From the NCBI GenBank assembly GCA_965222605.1, contig OZ244960.1, positions 1,888,001-1,952,000 of the forward strand: a stretch of DNA of 64,000 nt, written 5' to 3'. The stretch is from Candidatus Latescibacterota bacterium. GTDB taxonomy: Bacteria; Latescibacterota; UBA2968. Shown here one piece after another: positions 18,464-29,328 of this stretch. A model generated the notes under the pieces. The model made no database searches, was not told the origin of the DNA, and saw only the letters and a program-made list of their open reading frames with translations. The stretch's first letter is position 1, and each line of letters opens with the position of its first letter. The translations under genes and the position numbers were made by a program.

Positions 18464-19714
18464 GTGGCAACTGAATTCAAACTACCCGATCTCGGCGAAG
18501 GTGTAGAAGCCGGCGATGTTGTCGGCGTACTCGTTGCCGAGGGCGACACTGTTGAAATCGATCAGGGCGTGGTCGAACTCGAAACCGACAAAGCCCTCGT
18601 CGAAGTACCCAGCAGTGTTGCTGGCACCGTCACAAAAATACACATTAGTGCCGGAGACCGCGTGCCCGTGGGCAGCTTATTGATCTCTGTTGAAGAAGAC
18701 GAAAAATCCGTCCCGACAGCCCCTGAGCCGGAAGCCGAAGCACCCGCACCAAAAGAAGAAACCCAAGTTGCCGAAGCACCCGCACCAACGCCTTCCAGGC
18801 CACCTGCCCCCACATTCAACGGCGACCCCATTCCCGCAGCGCCATCCACGCGGCGGCTCGCGCGAGAACTCGGCGTAGATCTCACCCAGGTCGCTGGCTC
18901 TGGACCCGGTGGACGCATCTCACAAGACGATATCAAAGCCGCTGTACGCAACCGGCAAACAGGTGGTTTCGCACCAACAGCACCCGTCGAATTGCCCGAC
19001 TTCTCGAGATGGGGCAACATCGAACGCCAACCCCTCAGCAAAGTTCGGCAGATTATTGCAAAAAACATGAGCCAGGCCTGGCAACAGGTGGCTCATGTCA
19101 CTCAATTTGATCGCGCAGACGTCACAGATCTCGAAGCATTTCGGCAGCGCAACAAAGAAAGAACCGAAGCTTATGGGGCCAAACTGACGCCGACCGTCCT
19201 CGCGCTAAAAGCAATCATCACCGCGCTTAAAACCTTTCCGCAATTCAACGCCAGCCTCGATGCCGGAGCCAATGAGATTATTCTCAAGCACTACTATAAC
19301 CTCGGCATCGCCGTTGACACCGAGCGCGGCTTACTCGTTCCCGTCATCAAAGACGTCGATCGCAAAGACATCCTAAAATTGGCTCTCGAACTCGGCGACA
19401 TCAGCAACCGCGCGCGCACCAACAAAATTGGCCTCGACGAATTACAAGGCGGCACATTCACCGTCACCAACCTGGGCAGCCTGGGCGTGGGCGAATTTAC
19501 CCCCATTGTCAATCACCCCGAAGTTGCAATTATGGGGCTCGGGCGTGCCAGAGAAGAAGCCACCGTGCGCGAAGGGCGCATCGAACCCCGACTCATCATG
19601 CCTCTGGCATTGTCTTATGATCACCGCGTTATTGACGGCGCCGACGGTGCGCGATTTATGCGAAAAATCGTCGATGCCCTCGAAAACCCAGAACTCATGC
19701 TCATGGGCGGATAA
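18464..19714 (+). CDS. aceF: Dihydrolipoamide acetyltransferase (PDH E2), single lipoyl domain
   Basis: ETDKA lipoyl site, PSTRRLARELGVDL E3-binding domain, SYDHRVIDGA; GTG start. Confidence 0.93.
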   Translation: MATEFKLPDLGEGVEAGDVVGVLVAEGDTVEIDQGVVELETDKALVEVPSSVAGTVTKIHISAGDRVPVGSLLISVEEDEKSVPTAPEPEAEAPAPKEETQVAEAPAPTPSRPPAPTFNGDPIPAAPSTRRLARELGVDLTQVAGSGPGGRISQDDIKAAVRNRQTGGFAPTAPVELPDFSRWGNIERQPLSKVRQIIAKNMSQAWQQVAHVTQFDRADVTDLEAFRQRNKERTEAYGAKLTPTVLALKAIITALKTFPQFNASLDAGANEIILKHYYNLGIAVDTERGLLVPVIKDVDRKDILKLALELGDISNRARTNKIGLDELQGGTFTVTNLGSLGVGEFTPIVNHPEVAIMGLGRAREEATVREGRIEPRLIMPLALSYDHRVIDGADGARFMRKIVDALENPELMLMGG

Positions 19715-19728
19715 ACTGGAGAAATCAC

Positions 19729-21141
19729 ATGGCCGAAACGCACAAAACCGATCTCCTCGTCATAGGCGGCGGTCCCGGCGGATATACAGCGGCCTTTCGC
19801 GCTGCTGACCTGGGTCTGCATGTCACCCTCGTCAATGCCGACGACAACCTCGGTGGCACCTGCTTATTGCGCGGGTGCATCCCATCCAAAGCCCTGCTCC
19901 ACGTTGCCGAACTCATCACCGAAGCCAGTGAAGCCAGAACTTATGGCCTCACCTTTGGCGATCCCAAAATCGATCTGGACGCCCTGCGTAGCTGGAAAGA
20001 CAACATCATCACCCGCCTCTCGACCGGTCTATCTGGCCTGGTGCGCCAGCGCAAAGTCACCCACCTGACGGGCTACGCGCAATTCGAGAATTCGCAAAGC
20101 GCGTCCATCACAGGTAATGGGGATATCGACCGCGTCGATTTTGAACACGCCATCATCGCCACGGGCTCACGCCCTGTCGTCCTCCCAATTTTCGCGCTCG
20201 ACACCCCGCGCATTTTGGACTCTACAACAGCGCTCGATCTCGACGAAATACCCAAAAGCCTTCTCGTCATTGGCGGAGGCATCATCGGTCTCGAACTCGG
20301 CAGTATTTATGCCGCATTGGGAAGTGCCGTCACAGTCGTCGAAATGACCGACACCCTCTTGCCCGGCACCGATCCCGATCTGGTCAAACCCCTCGAAACC
20401 CGATTGCGTCAGGCATTCAGCGCCATACACACCCGCACGCGCGTCACGCATATCGAAGAAGTCAATACCGGTATTGAAGTACACTGCGAAGGCGTAGGAT
20501 CGAAAATATCTGAAATATTCGACCGCGTCCTCCTCTGCATTGGCCGACGCCCAAATACGGATAATATTGGCCTTGAAAACACGGACATTGAACCCGATGA
20601 CCTCGGGTTCATCGAAGTCGATTCACAGATGCGAACAAACGATCCCCGCCTCTTTGCAATTGGCGACGCTATCCCAGGCCCCGGCCTTGCCCACAAAGCC
20701 GCGCACGAAGGCAAAATCGCCGCCGAAGTTCTCGCCGGTGAACCCGTGTCTTTTGACGCACTCATTCCCTCAGTTGTGTACACCGATCCCGAAATTGCAT
20801 GGGTGGGCCTGACCGAAACCGACGCCCGCGAACAAAACCGAAAAATCGATGTCGTACGCTTCCCCTGGGCTGCCCTGGGCAAAGCGCATGCAATTGGGCG
20901 CATCGAAGGCCAGACCAAGCTCATTGTCGATCCCTATACCCAGCGCGTGCTCGGCATGGGCATCGTGGGACCAAACGCGGGCGACCTCATCGCCGAAGGC
21001 GCGCTTGCCATTGAAATGGCTGCTGTTGCCGAAGACATTGCCCACACCATTCATCCCCACCCCTCGCTTGCCGAATCCATCGGCATTGCCGCTGATATTC
21101 ACCTCGGCTCCGCGACCGATGTGTACATGCCTAAAAAATAG
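19729..21141 (+). CDS. lpdA: Dihydrolipoamide dehydrogenase (E3)
   Basis: GGGPGGY, GGTCLLRGCIPSK, GGGIIGLE, HPHPSLAE. Confidence 0.96.
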   Translation: MAETHKTDLLVIGGGPGGYTAAFRAADLGLHVTLVNADDNLGGTCLLRGCIPSKALLHVAELITEASEARTYGLTFGDPKIDLDALRSWKDNIITRLSTGLSGLVRQRKVTHLTGYAQFENSQSASITGNGDIDRVDFEHAIIATGSRPVVLPIFALDTPRILDSTTALDLDEIPKSLLVIGGGIIGLELGSIYAALGSAVTVVEMTDTLLPGTDPDLVKPLETRLRQAFSAIHTRTRVTHIEEVNTGIEVHCEGVGSKISEIFDRVLLCIGRRPNTDNIGLENTDIEPDDLGFIEVDSQMRTNDPRLFAIGDAIPGPGLAHKAAHEGKIAAEVLAGEPVSFDALIPSVVYTDPEIAWVGLTETDAREQNRKIDVVRFPWAALGKAHAIGRIEGQTKLIVDPYTQRVLGMGIVGPNAGDLIAEGALAIEMAAVAEDIAHTIHPHPSLAESIGIAADIHLGSATDVYMPKK

Positions 21142-21143
21142 CC

Positions 21144-22553
21144 TCACACACTTAAATCCCCATACTGCGCCTGCAACCTTCGCAACTCCGCCTTCAACTC
21201 CGCCACCAAACCTGCATACGCTGCATCTTCGTACACATTCCGCAATTCATTGGGATCTTCTTGCAAATCGAACAACTCCCAGTAATCGCCCTCGGCATAA
21301 TATTCAATCAGCTTGTAGCGATCTGTACGCACGCCGCGGTGCGGGCCAATACGGTGCGGCGTAAAATACTGGAATGACGGTTCTGACATCGCCTCTGCCC
21401 CCTTGCCGTGCAGCACCCACGAATCTTCGAAATAAGCGTAATAAACAGACTTGCGCCAATCATCGGGTTCTGTCCCCTGGAGCAACGGGCGCAAACTCTC
21501 GCCCTGCACGCCTTCGGGAATCTCGACCCCTGCAAAATCCAGAATCGTCGGCGCAAAATCCACATTCATCACCAGCGCATCGGTCACATTGCCGCTTATA
21601 CCTCCATTTGGATAACGCACCACCAGCGGAATGCGGATCGACGGCTCGTACATAAACCTCTTATCGTACCATCCGTAATCGCCTAAAAAATACCCGTGAT
21701 CCGACGTGTAAATCACCAGCGTATCGTCAGCCTGATCCGTCTCATCCAGATAATCCAGCACCCGCCCCAGATTTTCATCTACACCGTAAATCGTGCGATA
21801 TCGATCCTTCACAAAACGCTGGTAAATCCAGTCCTTCTTTTCTCGCTCATTCAAATCTTCGGGTATATCGTCATAATCGGGCGCCAGACTGATATCAAAC
21901 TTCATATCTTCTGCCAGAGCCGCAATTTTGCGCGTGGCAAAATCATCCCCATACGTCTCCGGTTGGGGAATCTCAATATCTTCAAAGAGATCCGCATGCC
22001 GGGGTGCTGGCGTAAACGGCCGATGCGGCGCCTTAAACTGATACACCAGACAGAAGGGCTGTTCGCCATCCAACCCCTTCAAAAATTCAAGTGTCATATC
22101 CGTCGTTATATCTGTGGCATACCCCTCCTTTACGACTTCCTTCCCATTATCGATATACGTCGGATCAAAATACACGCCCTGCCCGGGATGAATACACCAC
22201 GTATCAAATCCGCGCGGATCCTGCCGGATATGATACTTGCCAAACAACGCGGTCTTGTATCCCGCGGCGCGAAGCAATTCGGGAAATGTCGGCACATTCG
22301 GATCCAGATCCTCAATCGCATCGGCTCTCTCGGAATTTCCCCGAATACCGTGGACATGTGAAAAACACCCCGTCAGCACCGTGCCCCGCGCAGGCGCGCA
22401 CAGCGCATTGGTCGAAAAACAGTTGTTAAACCGCGTACCCTCATTCCCAATGCGATCCAGATTGGGCGTATGCAAAATCGGATTGCCATAACTGCTCATC
22501 TCGCGCGGCGTGTGGTCATCGGTCATCACAAACAGAATATTCGGTCGCTTCAT
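21144..22553 (-). CDS. Sulfatase (FGly-dependent)
   Basis: RPNILFVMTDD, CAPAR (CxPxR), GKYH, SDHG...DKRFMYE; start set at MKRPN. Confidence 0.93.
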   Translation of the reverse strand: MKRPNILFVMTDDHTPREMSSYGNPILHTPNLDRIGNEGTRFNNCFSTNALCAPARGTVLTGCFSHVHGIRGNSERADAIEDLDPNVPTFPELLRAAGYKTALFGKYHIRQDPRGFDTWCIHPGQGVYFDPTYIDNGKEVVKEGYATDITTDMTLEFLKGLDGEQPFCLVYQFKAPHRPFTPAPRHADLFEDIEIPQPETYGDDFATRKIAALAEDMKFDISLAPDYDDIPEDLNEREKKDWIYQRFVKDRYRTIYGVDENLGRVLDYLDETDQADDTLVIYTSDHGYFLGDYGWYDKRFMYEPSIRIPLVVRYPNGGISGNVTDALVMNVDFAPTILDFAGVEIPEGVQGESLRPLLQGTEPDDWRKSVYYAYFEDSWVLHGKGAEAMSEPSFQYFTPHRIGPHRGVRTDRYKLIEYYAEGDYWELFDLQEDPNELRNVYEDAAYAGLVAELKAELRRLQAQYGDLSV

Positions 22554-22555
22554 TT

Positions 22556-23083
22556 TCACTCCTTCACAGGTTGGGCACAAACATCAACACAAGACTTCAA
22601 ATCTCGATAATAGCGCAATTTCTCAACTCTCGGCATAGGCAGCGCACCGCTCGTTGACGGTGCGAGAAACAGCTTCGCGCCTTCCAACGTCTCATCTTGC
22701 AAGCCGTAATCTCGCTTCCCGCCCATCACCTTGGCATATCCGCTCTTCCCATTAAAACAAATCACCCTCGGTCGATACAACCGCATTTTTTCTCGCAACA
22801 GTTCAAAACCCGACACATAATCACCATCCGTCAGATCTCCAATCCCCCGCGTCGCGCGTCCCTTCACAATATCTGTCAGCCCGATATTATACTCCAAAAT
22901 AGTCGCATCTTCTCGCGGCGCCAGCAATCGATCTGTCAGCCCGACCTCGTACAAAAACGGCCAAAACTGATTGCCTCGCCCGGCATAATAATAACCAACT
23001 TCCGCAGACTTTAAGCTCGGATTAAACCCCACAAACACCAGATTCAGTCCCACACGCAAATAATCCGGCAACACATATTCCAT
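22556..23083 (-). CDS. mug: G/U mismatch-specific DNA glycosylase
   Basis: LPDYL, FVGFNP, NQFW, GLTD, PSTSG motifs. Confidence 0.88.
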   Translation of the reverse strand: MEYVLPDYLRVGLNLVFVGFNPSLKSAEVGYYYAGRGNQFWPFLYEVGLTDRLLAPREDATILEYNIGLTDIVKGRATRGIGDLTDGDYVSGFELLREKMRLYRPRVICFNGKSGYAKVMGGKRDYGLQDETLEGAKLFLAPSTSGALPMPRVEKLRYYRDLKSCVDVCAQPVKE

Positions 23084-23182
23084 ATTCCACACCCTTATTG
23101 ACACGTTTCCCACAATTCGGTTAAATTACAACCTCGGAAAATAAGACAAATCCAAAGTTTCATCTATGAAAGGAAAACTTCA

Positions 23183-24889
23183 ATGACAAAATTGAATAAG
23201 TACAGCTCTCAAATTACCCAAAAAAAATCCCAGGGCGGATCTCAGGCCATGCTCTATGCCACGGGACTAACGCGCGCAGACATGGACAAAGCACAGGTCG
23301 GCATTGCCTCGGTCTGGTACGAAGGCAACCCGTGCAACATGCACCTCAACGACCTCGCCGCCGAAACCAAAAAAGGCGTCACCGAAGCCGGGTGCGTTGG
23401 CATGCGCTTCAACACCATCGGCGTATCCGACGGCATATCCATGGGCACAGATGGTATGTCCTATTCCCTTCAATCCCGCGACCTCATAGCCGACTCCATC
23501 GAAACCCTCATGGGAGCGCAGTGGTACGATGGCCTGATCGCATTGCCCGGCTGCGACAAAAACATGCCCGGCGTGGTCATAGCAATGGGCCGCCTCAACC
23601 GCCCGGCCCTGATGATCTATGGCGGCACCATAAAGCCCGGTTGCGCCACTATCCAGGGAGAAGAACGCAAACTCGACATCATCTCTGCCTTTCAAAGCTA
23701 CGGCGAATTTCTCACAGAATCGCTCAGCGATGCAGAACGCCAGGAAATTGTCGAACACGCCTGTCCGGGCGCCGGTGCCTGCGGTGGTATGTACACCGCC
23801 AATACCATGGCCAGCGCCATCGAGTGCATGGGCCTCTCCTTGCCCTATTCTTCGTGCACACCCGCCGAAGACCCCGACAAACGCGCCGAATGTATTCGCG
23901 CCGGCCACGCTGTTCGCGCCCTGCTCGAAGCCGACCTCAAACCGCGCGACATCGTCACCAAACAATCCTTTCTCAACGCCATCCGCCTCGCCGTTGTCAC
24001 GGGCGGATCCACCAACCTCGTGCTCCATCTACTCGCCATTGCCAGAGCTTATGAAATAGACCTCAACATCGACGAATTTCAGCAAATATCCAACGAAACA
24101 CCCCTCCTGTGTGACCTCAAACCCTCCGGGCGTTACGTCATGGAAGAGCTTCACAACATCGGCGGAACACCCGCAATGATGAAACTCCTTCTCGACGCCG
24201 ACCTCATCGACGGCGACCAGATGACCGTAACGGGCAAAACAATTGCCGAAAATCTCGCCGATATAAAAACCCTTCCCCCTTATGGCACAGGTGAAGGACA
24301 GCAAGACATCGTGAGACCCTTTGGCGATCCCATCAAACCAACGGGACACTTACAAATTTTACGAGGGAATTTGGCACCGGAAGGTTCAGTCGGAAAAATC
24401 ACAGGCAAAGAAGGCGAGGTTTTCAAAGGTGCGGCCAATGTATTCGACTGCGAGGAAGACATGCTCGCCGCCCTTGAACAGGGCAAAATCGAAAAAGGCA
24501 ATGTCATCATTATCCGCTACGAAGGACCCAAAGGCGGACCCGGCATGCCGGAAATGCTCACCCCCACATCCGCATTGGCCGGCGCGGGATTGGTGCAGGA
24601 TGTGGCACTGATTACCGATGGGCGTTTTTCGGGCGGATCGCACGGCTTTCTCATCGGACACGTCGTCCCCGAAGCCATCGAAGGCGGACCCATCGCCCTC
24701 GTCCAAACCGGCGACGAAATCACCATCAACAGCCAAAAAGGCGAGATCGACATGGACGTCTCTGCCGAAGAACTCGAAAAACGCCGTACCAACTGGATCC
24801 AACCACCGTACAAAGCCAACCGCGGCACCCTTTACAAATACATCAAGAACGTAAAAACGGCTTCTGAGGGATGTGTGACAGATGAGTAA
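23183..24889 (+). CDS. ilvD: Dihydroxy-acid dehydratase
   Basis: [44 protein letters not shown]. Confidence 0.96.
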   Translation: MTKLNKYSSQITQKKSQGGSQAMLYATGLTRADMDKAQVGIASVWYEGNPCNMHLNDLAAETKKGVTEAGCVGMRFNTIGVSDGISMGTDGMSYSLQSRDLIADSIETLMGAQWYDGLIALPGCDKNMPGVVIAMGRLNRPALMIYGGTIKPGCATIQGEERKLDIISAFQSYGEFLTESLSDAERQEIVEHACPGAGACGGMYTANTMASAIECMGLSLPYSSCTPAEDPDKRAECIRAGHAVRALLEADLKPRDIVTKQSFLNAIRLAVVTGGSTNLVLHLLAIARAYEIDLNIDEFQQISNETPLLCDLKPSGRYVMEELHNIGGTPAMMKLLLDADLIDGDQMTVTGKTIAENLADIKTLPPYGTGEGQQDIVRPFGDPIKPTGHLQILRGNLAPEGSVGKITGKEGEVFKGAANVFDCEEDMLAALEQGKIEKGNVIIIRYEGPKGGPGMPEMLTPTSALAGAGLVQDVALITDGRFSGGSHGFLIGHVVPEAIEGGPIALVQTGDEITINSQKGEIDMDVSAEELEKRRTNWIQPPYKANRGTLYKYIKNVKTASEGCVTDE

Positions 24890-25717
24890 TCAAACACCAT
24901 TTTCCACAAACTCTTTGAGAGGCACATCTTGCGCTTGTGGGATATAAAAACTGAGCGGATCGGAGACCGCGCCTAAGAGTTGTTTTTGAATGGGATTTGC
25001 TCGAGCAACGAGTTCATCGGGCATATTGATATAATCCATAGGCTTGACCCAGCGATACGCATAGCCCATAAAAATGGTCTTCCGCGGAAAACCCGACCAA
25101 TTTCTGCCAATACCGTGATACGTGCGCTGTTCAAAAATGAATGCCGAACCCGCTTTGACATTCATATTGAGCGCACCTCTCGGATGGCCCGTTGCCGGAT
25201 CAATCGCAGGCCTGCCAAATAGTCGATTGCTTCCGGGCACGAGTTGCGTCGCCCCCGATGCGGGATCTGTCTGATCGCTGATGGCGTAGGCAATTTTGAG
25301 CAGAATACGCGGATGGGGTTCTGTCATTTCCCGAGAAGACGAACCGCCATCGCGGTGATACCCACCCTTGCGCTTTACCTCTTCCGGAGGCTCTGGGCCA
25401 GAGGGCAAAACAATGAGGTGCGACGTGATCATCTGGATATTCCAATTGAGAATCTGCCACGCCAGGGGAGCCGTAGCTGGCCAGTCGAGCAATTTGAGAA
25501 AAGCATCGTGATGCACAATGCAGTTCCGCAAATTGAGCTTGCCATTTTGCTCCAGACGATCAGCAGCCTCTTCGCGGTCGTAAATCTCATCCGCCGCCGC
25601 GTTGAGTTCGGCAACAACATCGGGAGGCAGCGCGTCTTCGATCACGAGATACCCATTGTCGTCAAAAAACTGGCGCTGTTCATCTGTGAGAACAGCCCAA
25701 TCGGATTGAATTGTCAT
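24890..25717 (-). CDS. Phytanoyl-CoA dioxygenase (PhyH) family protein
   Basis: FDDNGYLVIEDAL, HRD, GATQLVPGS, distal H (YHG) and R. Confidence 0.88.
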   Translation of the reverse strand: MTIQSDWAVLTDEQRQFFDDNGYLVIEDALPPDVVAELNAAADEIYDREEAADRLEQNGKLNLRNCIVHHDAFLKLLDWPATAPLAWQILNWNIQMITSHLIVLPSGPEPPEEVKRKGGYHRDGGSSSREMTEPHPRILLKIAYAISDQTDPASGATQLVPGSNRLFGRPAIDPATGHPRGALNMNVKAGSAFIFEQRTYHGIGRNWSGFPRKTIFMGYAYRWVKPMDYINMPDELVARANPIQKQLLGAVSDPLSFYIPQAQDVPLKEFVENGV

Positions 25718-25803
25718 AGTAATCATCTCCTTTCATTGACTTGCAAACATACACAAATAAATTTAAGACCAGAACCCACGCAAGGCAAGCCATACGCGCC
25801 TTG

Positions 25804-26442
25804 CTATCTATGGTGAATCATCCTGCGCACGCCATTGGCCACAACATCTACTGCTATTTGCACATCCCCTTCAAATGGCACGATCAAATCGGCATACTCA
25901 CTTGTCGGCTCCGTATAGATGCGATAATTGGGCACGACATCCCGGCGATACCATGCCACAGCATCTTTCAGCGCCATCCCACTCGACGTATTCCGCAACA
26001 TGCGCCTGAGCACCCGCTCGTGTGTATCCACATATAGAAACAGCTTGATATCCAGCAAAGACCTCAGAGCCTCCTGCGAAAAAATCAAGTGACCCTCCAC
26101 AATAATTAGTCTATCGGGCGCGACCTTTTGAGAATCATCGCCTCGCCGAAAAGCGCGCGTATCGGGCGGCGGAATATCAATTGCCTGCCCCTCGCGCAGA
26201 CATTTGACATGTGCGATCAAATGCTCCCACAGCACAGCGCGCGGATGATTTGCCGTTCGCCTGATCTCGCGCACATCTTCTGGCAGCACTGACCAATCGC
26301 GGAAATAGCTGTCCTGATTAAGTACAACGGGACCAAAATCTGCGAGCCTATCAGCCAGCATATCCGTAAAGGTCGTTTTGCCGGCGGCAGATCCTCCCGA
26401 AATACCGATCACTATGGGCTTGAATCCGTTTTTCTTATTCAT
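25804..26442 (-). CDS. Uridine kinase-like protein
   Basis: IGISGGSAAGKTT, QDSYF, NHP, IIVEG, EPT..YADLIVP. Confidence 0.8.
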   Translation of the reverse strand: MNKKNGFKPIVIGISGGSAAGKTTFTDMLADRLADFGPVVLNQDSYFRDWSVLPEDVREIRRTANHPRAVLWEHLIAHVKCLREGQAIDIPPPDTRAFRRGDDSQKVAPDRLIIVEGHLIFSQEALRSLLDIKLFLYVDTHERVLRRMLRNTSSGMALKDAVAWYRRDVVPNYRIYTEPTSEYADLIVPFEGDVQIAVDVVANGVRRMIHHR

Positions 26443-26514
26443 ACCGCAATCCCATTGCACAAAATATACACCTGGCGTATTATAGTTTTATAGAATACAT
26501 CTGACAAGGAAATC

Positions 26515-26685
26515 CAATTCGGATACACAGCCAACGGACTGGGAAATCTTCGTGTTTTCACCACGCCAGAAGTCATCCACGCTGGCGGCATCAATGCCCT
26601 GGCCCAGATCGGGCGGCCTGCGGATTTGCAGGTGGAGATAAAGGAAAGGATATTGCCTTGTAAGTGGAAATTCGGTTAATTATGT
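26515..26685 (+). repeat. ~170 bp direct repeat, copy A (decayed 3' end of a protein-coding gene, HsdR-like)
   Basis: Aligns with 29899-30078 (shared TTCACCACGCCAGAAGTCA, CAATGCCCTGGCCCAGATCGG, AAGGAAAGGATA, GTGGAAATT..TAATTATGT); translates ...FTTPEVIHAGGINALAQIGRPADLQVEIKERI. Confidence 0.8.
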
Positions 26686-26732
26686 ATCAGAATGAACAAG
26701 CCCAAGTCAACGCTAAAGGAAAGAAAGCCTCC

Positions 26733-26876
26733 ATGAACATTGCTGAACAGATAGACCGCCGGTTGACCCATCTCGAAACTGGGCAACGAGAGCTTCAAGC
26801 AGGCCAACGATGGATTATGGGCCTGGTATTCATATCATGGGTAACCACGATGGTTTTGATTGCGTTGGAGATATAA
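26733..26876 (+). CDS. Small coiled-coil protein with C-terminal TM helix
   Basis: MNIAEQIDRRLTHLETGQRELQAGQRWIMGLVFISWVTTMVLIALEI. Confidence 0.5.
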   Translation: MNIAEQIDRRLTHLETGQRELQAGQRWIMGLVFISWVTTMVLIALEI

Positions 26877-27051
26877 AAAATCCGTTTAGTCTGGCACATT
26901 GTACAGGCAGAGGAAAAGGAATTATACACAATAGTGCAAAAAGTGTTTGACAATGGTGTGTGGTTTATATTATAAATCACTAAACATTAGTAATTACAAT
27001 TACTTATATTTACTCTATAGGTGGTGCAATTCAACAAAAGGAGTAAATTTG

Positions 27052-29328
27052 ATGGAAACAATCACGCTTTCGATTGATAGATTCGACAATCAAGTTGAGT
27101 CTAAAAAGGAAAAGGACGGGACGGTGAAGCCTCAAGTTTTTGCGGAGGCAATCACAAAACTCGTTCTCGAAAAGAAATACAATGTCAAAGCTGTTATGAA
27201 TCCCAGTGATCCGCCTGATTTGATATTTGAGAAGGACGGAAAGTGTATTGGCGTGGAAGTGACATGTTTGTATGATCAAATAAAAATTGGCAATGACAAG
27301 ATTTCAGAAAAGGGGCTTAAGAAAGAGGTTGAAATAGGTATTGTAAATCGAGTTCATGCCCGTCTTAAACAGGACGATTCTATTGTTTATCCTGACAAAA
27401 AGCGATTCAGGATAAATCCCGACATTCATGAGATCAAATTTGGCGAAATTGATTGTCATGAGGATTTCAAAGGGATGAAAGATGAAATCGTTTCTTTGTT
27501 ATATGAGAAGGTGAAAGAATACTTTGCGGTAAAGGGTTATCTGTCTAATCCTTATGGGTGGTCTTTTCGGTTGATAGCCAGAAAAGGACTTGTAATTCCC
27601 TTTGAAATTTTCGCTGTTCCAGATAAAAATTGTCACAGGGATAATGTCTTTTTGGAATATACCGAGTTCGATTCCGGCGGAGTAATGGGAAAATCGATAG
27701 GTGACGGCACTTTAGAATTTAAGGGACCTATTAAGGAAAAAGCCGAAAAAATTAATGCCAAAAAAGCTGAAGCTGAAACGTGGCCCTATGATGAATTATG
27801 GCTTTATATCGATGATAGGAAAGGTGAAAGAGGTAATAATTCGGCTGGCGATTTCACGGCATCCATTTCTATTTCTGCGGGTTATAGCAAAGAAAATGAA
27901 AGAGAGATAAAAATTCGCTGGCAAAAAGAGTTCTCTCAAGAAGAATTGAATCATCCGTTTGCAAAAATTGTTGTATTCAATACTCTTTCTTCCCCCAAGG
28001 GTATCAGTTACGATAAGAAAACAGGCATGACTGTAAATGAACTCACTGTTTACGGCAAAGAAGTTGACATATTTGATCCCCGAGAGTTTTGGGATGAGAA
28101 AAAGTTGCTTGAAATGTCTTTGCATGAGTTGAGAGAAATTTTGTCTGTGGAAGAATACAGGGGTGTAAAAGTCCAGGATCATCTTGAAATTATTGGTGAT
28201 AAGCTCCTGGATTTCCTGAAAGGTGACAAGGCGATAGACCCTTATTCCCTAAAAAAAATAAATGAAATTGCAAAGTATATATTGGCAAGATTAGAAGACC
28301 TGGAAGATGAAAGTTTCTTCGCTAATTACAATACAACATTTTGTAATCCTTTTGTTGTGCCAGCGTTCGAAACGCCATCTGTTCGCAGGGATACTTGTAG
28401 TTTTTTAGTCCACAGCGCAAGTCGGTGGCAGAAGTTAGAAGAAAATACATCGTCGGGAATTTCAAAAGCCGAATATCTGTCTCTATTTTCAGAAGCGATA
28501 AAGTCGGGGTCTAAAAACAAGAAAATCGCTTTGTCCTATTTTTGGGAGAATCTTGGTTTTATACATCATTTTGACAAAACGTGGGCAGAAGAAAACCTGG
28601 TGGACTACTTTGGCAAAAAGAATGCACTGCACGAATTTGCGTGGTCTTGCTATTTCGGAGGGCGTATTGACGGGAAGTTTGTGCCTGAATTTTTGCATGA
28701 GAAATTTTTGGAAGTAGCGAAGAATCTGAATGAGTACGAAGTGCGTTTTCAAGCCAAGTTTCTTCGTTCATTTGTTTTCAATCTTTGCCTTAATTTTGAT
28801 ATTGCTGATCCCAAATCCTGGCTCTCTAATCTCTTCCAGCATCAGGATAATGCAAAAATGAGAAAAGAATTTTGTCGAGAGGCTGAGATATTATTGTTGC
28901 AAATAAGGAAAGAAGACCAAAAAGATATATTGGAAGATTGTTGGAAGGGCTGGATCAAAAAATACTGGCAAGACAGATTGGCTTCAGGAGATATTGATGA
29001 TGGTGAGGGAAAAGAGATATTCAACTGGGTTTTTGCTGTCAAGAACGCCAAAGCGATTTCTTTGGCTTTGCAAATGAAGCCTTATGCTCCAAAGGATACC
29101 CTGAGATGGAATCAGTTTGATGACAAATTCATCGCCGAGTATCCAAAAGACGTGGCGGATTTGTTTTTAAAGGTATGTGCATCGGACTTTTTTCACGAAA
29201 TGCGCCGTGATTTAGCCTACAATTGGATTATCAATGAAGCTCGAGAAATCATTGAACGTCTCCTGACTTACAATCAAGAAAGGGAACAAGAACTTGGCAA
29301 GGTTCGAAAAGAACTCTCAAAAGTCTGA
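27052..29328 (+). CDS. Large hypothetical protein: N-terminal PD-(D/E)xK-like domain, C-terminal helical domain (DUF4020-like)
   Basis: AAGGAG RBS; PPDLIF...IGVEVT nuclease-like motif; C-terminal W..WIKKYWQDRL; AT-rich. Confidence 0.6.
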   Translation: METITLSIDRFDNQVESKKEKDGTVKPQVFAEAITKLVLEKKYNVKAVMNPSDPPDLIFEKDGKCIGVEVTCLYDQIKIGNDKISEKGLKKEVEIGIVNRVHARLKQDDSIVYPDKKRFRINPDIHEIKFGEIDCHEDFKGMKDEIVSLLYEKVKEYFAVKGYLSNPYGWSFRLIARKGLVIPFEIFAVPDKNCHRDNVFLEYTEFDSGGVMGKSIGDGTLEFKGPIKEKAEKINAKKAEAETWPYDELWLYIDDRKGERGNNSAGDFTASISISAGYSKENEREIKIRWQKEFSQEELNHPFAKIVVFNTLSSPKGISYDKKTGMTVNELTVYGKEVDIFDPREFWDEKKLLEMSLHELREILSVEEYRGVKVQDHLEIIGDKLLDFLKGDKAIDPYSLKKINEIAKYILARLEDLEDESFFANYNTTFCNPFVVPAFETPSVRRDTCSFLVHSASRWQKLEENTSSGISKAEYLSLFSEAIKSGSKNKKIALSYFWENLGFIHHFDKTWAEENLVDYFGKKNALHEFAWSCYFGGRIDGKFVPEFLHEKFLEVAKNLNEYEVRFQAKFLRSFVFNLCLNFDIADPKSWLSNLFQHQDNAKMRKEFCREAEILLLQIRKEDQKDILEDCWKGWIKKYWQDRLASGDIDDGEGKEIFNWVFAVKNAKAISLALQMKPYAPKDTLRWNQFDDKFIAEYPKDVADLFLKVCASDFFHEMRRDLAYNWIINEAREIIERLLTYNQEREQELGKVRKELSKV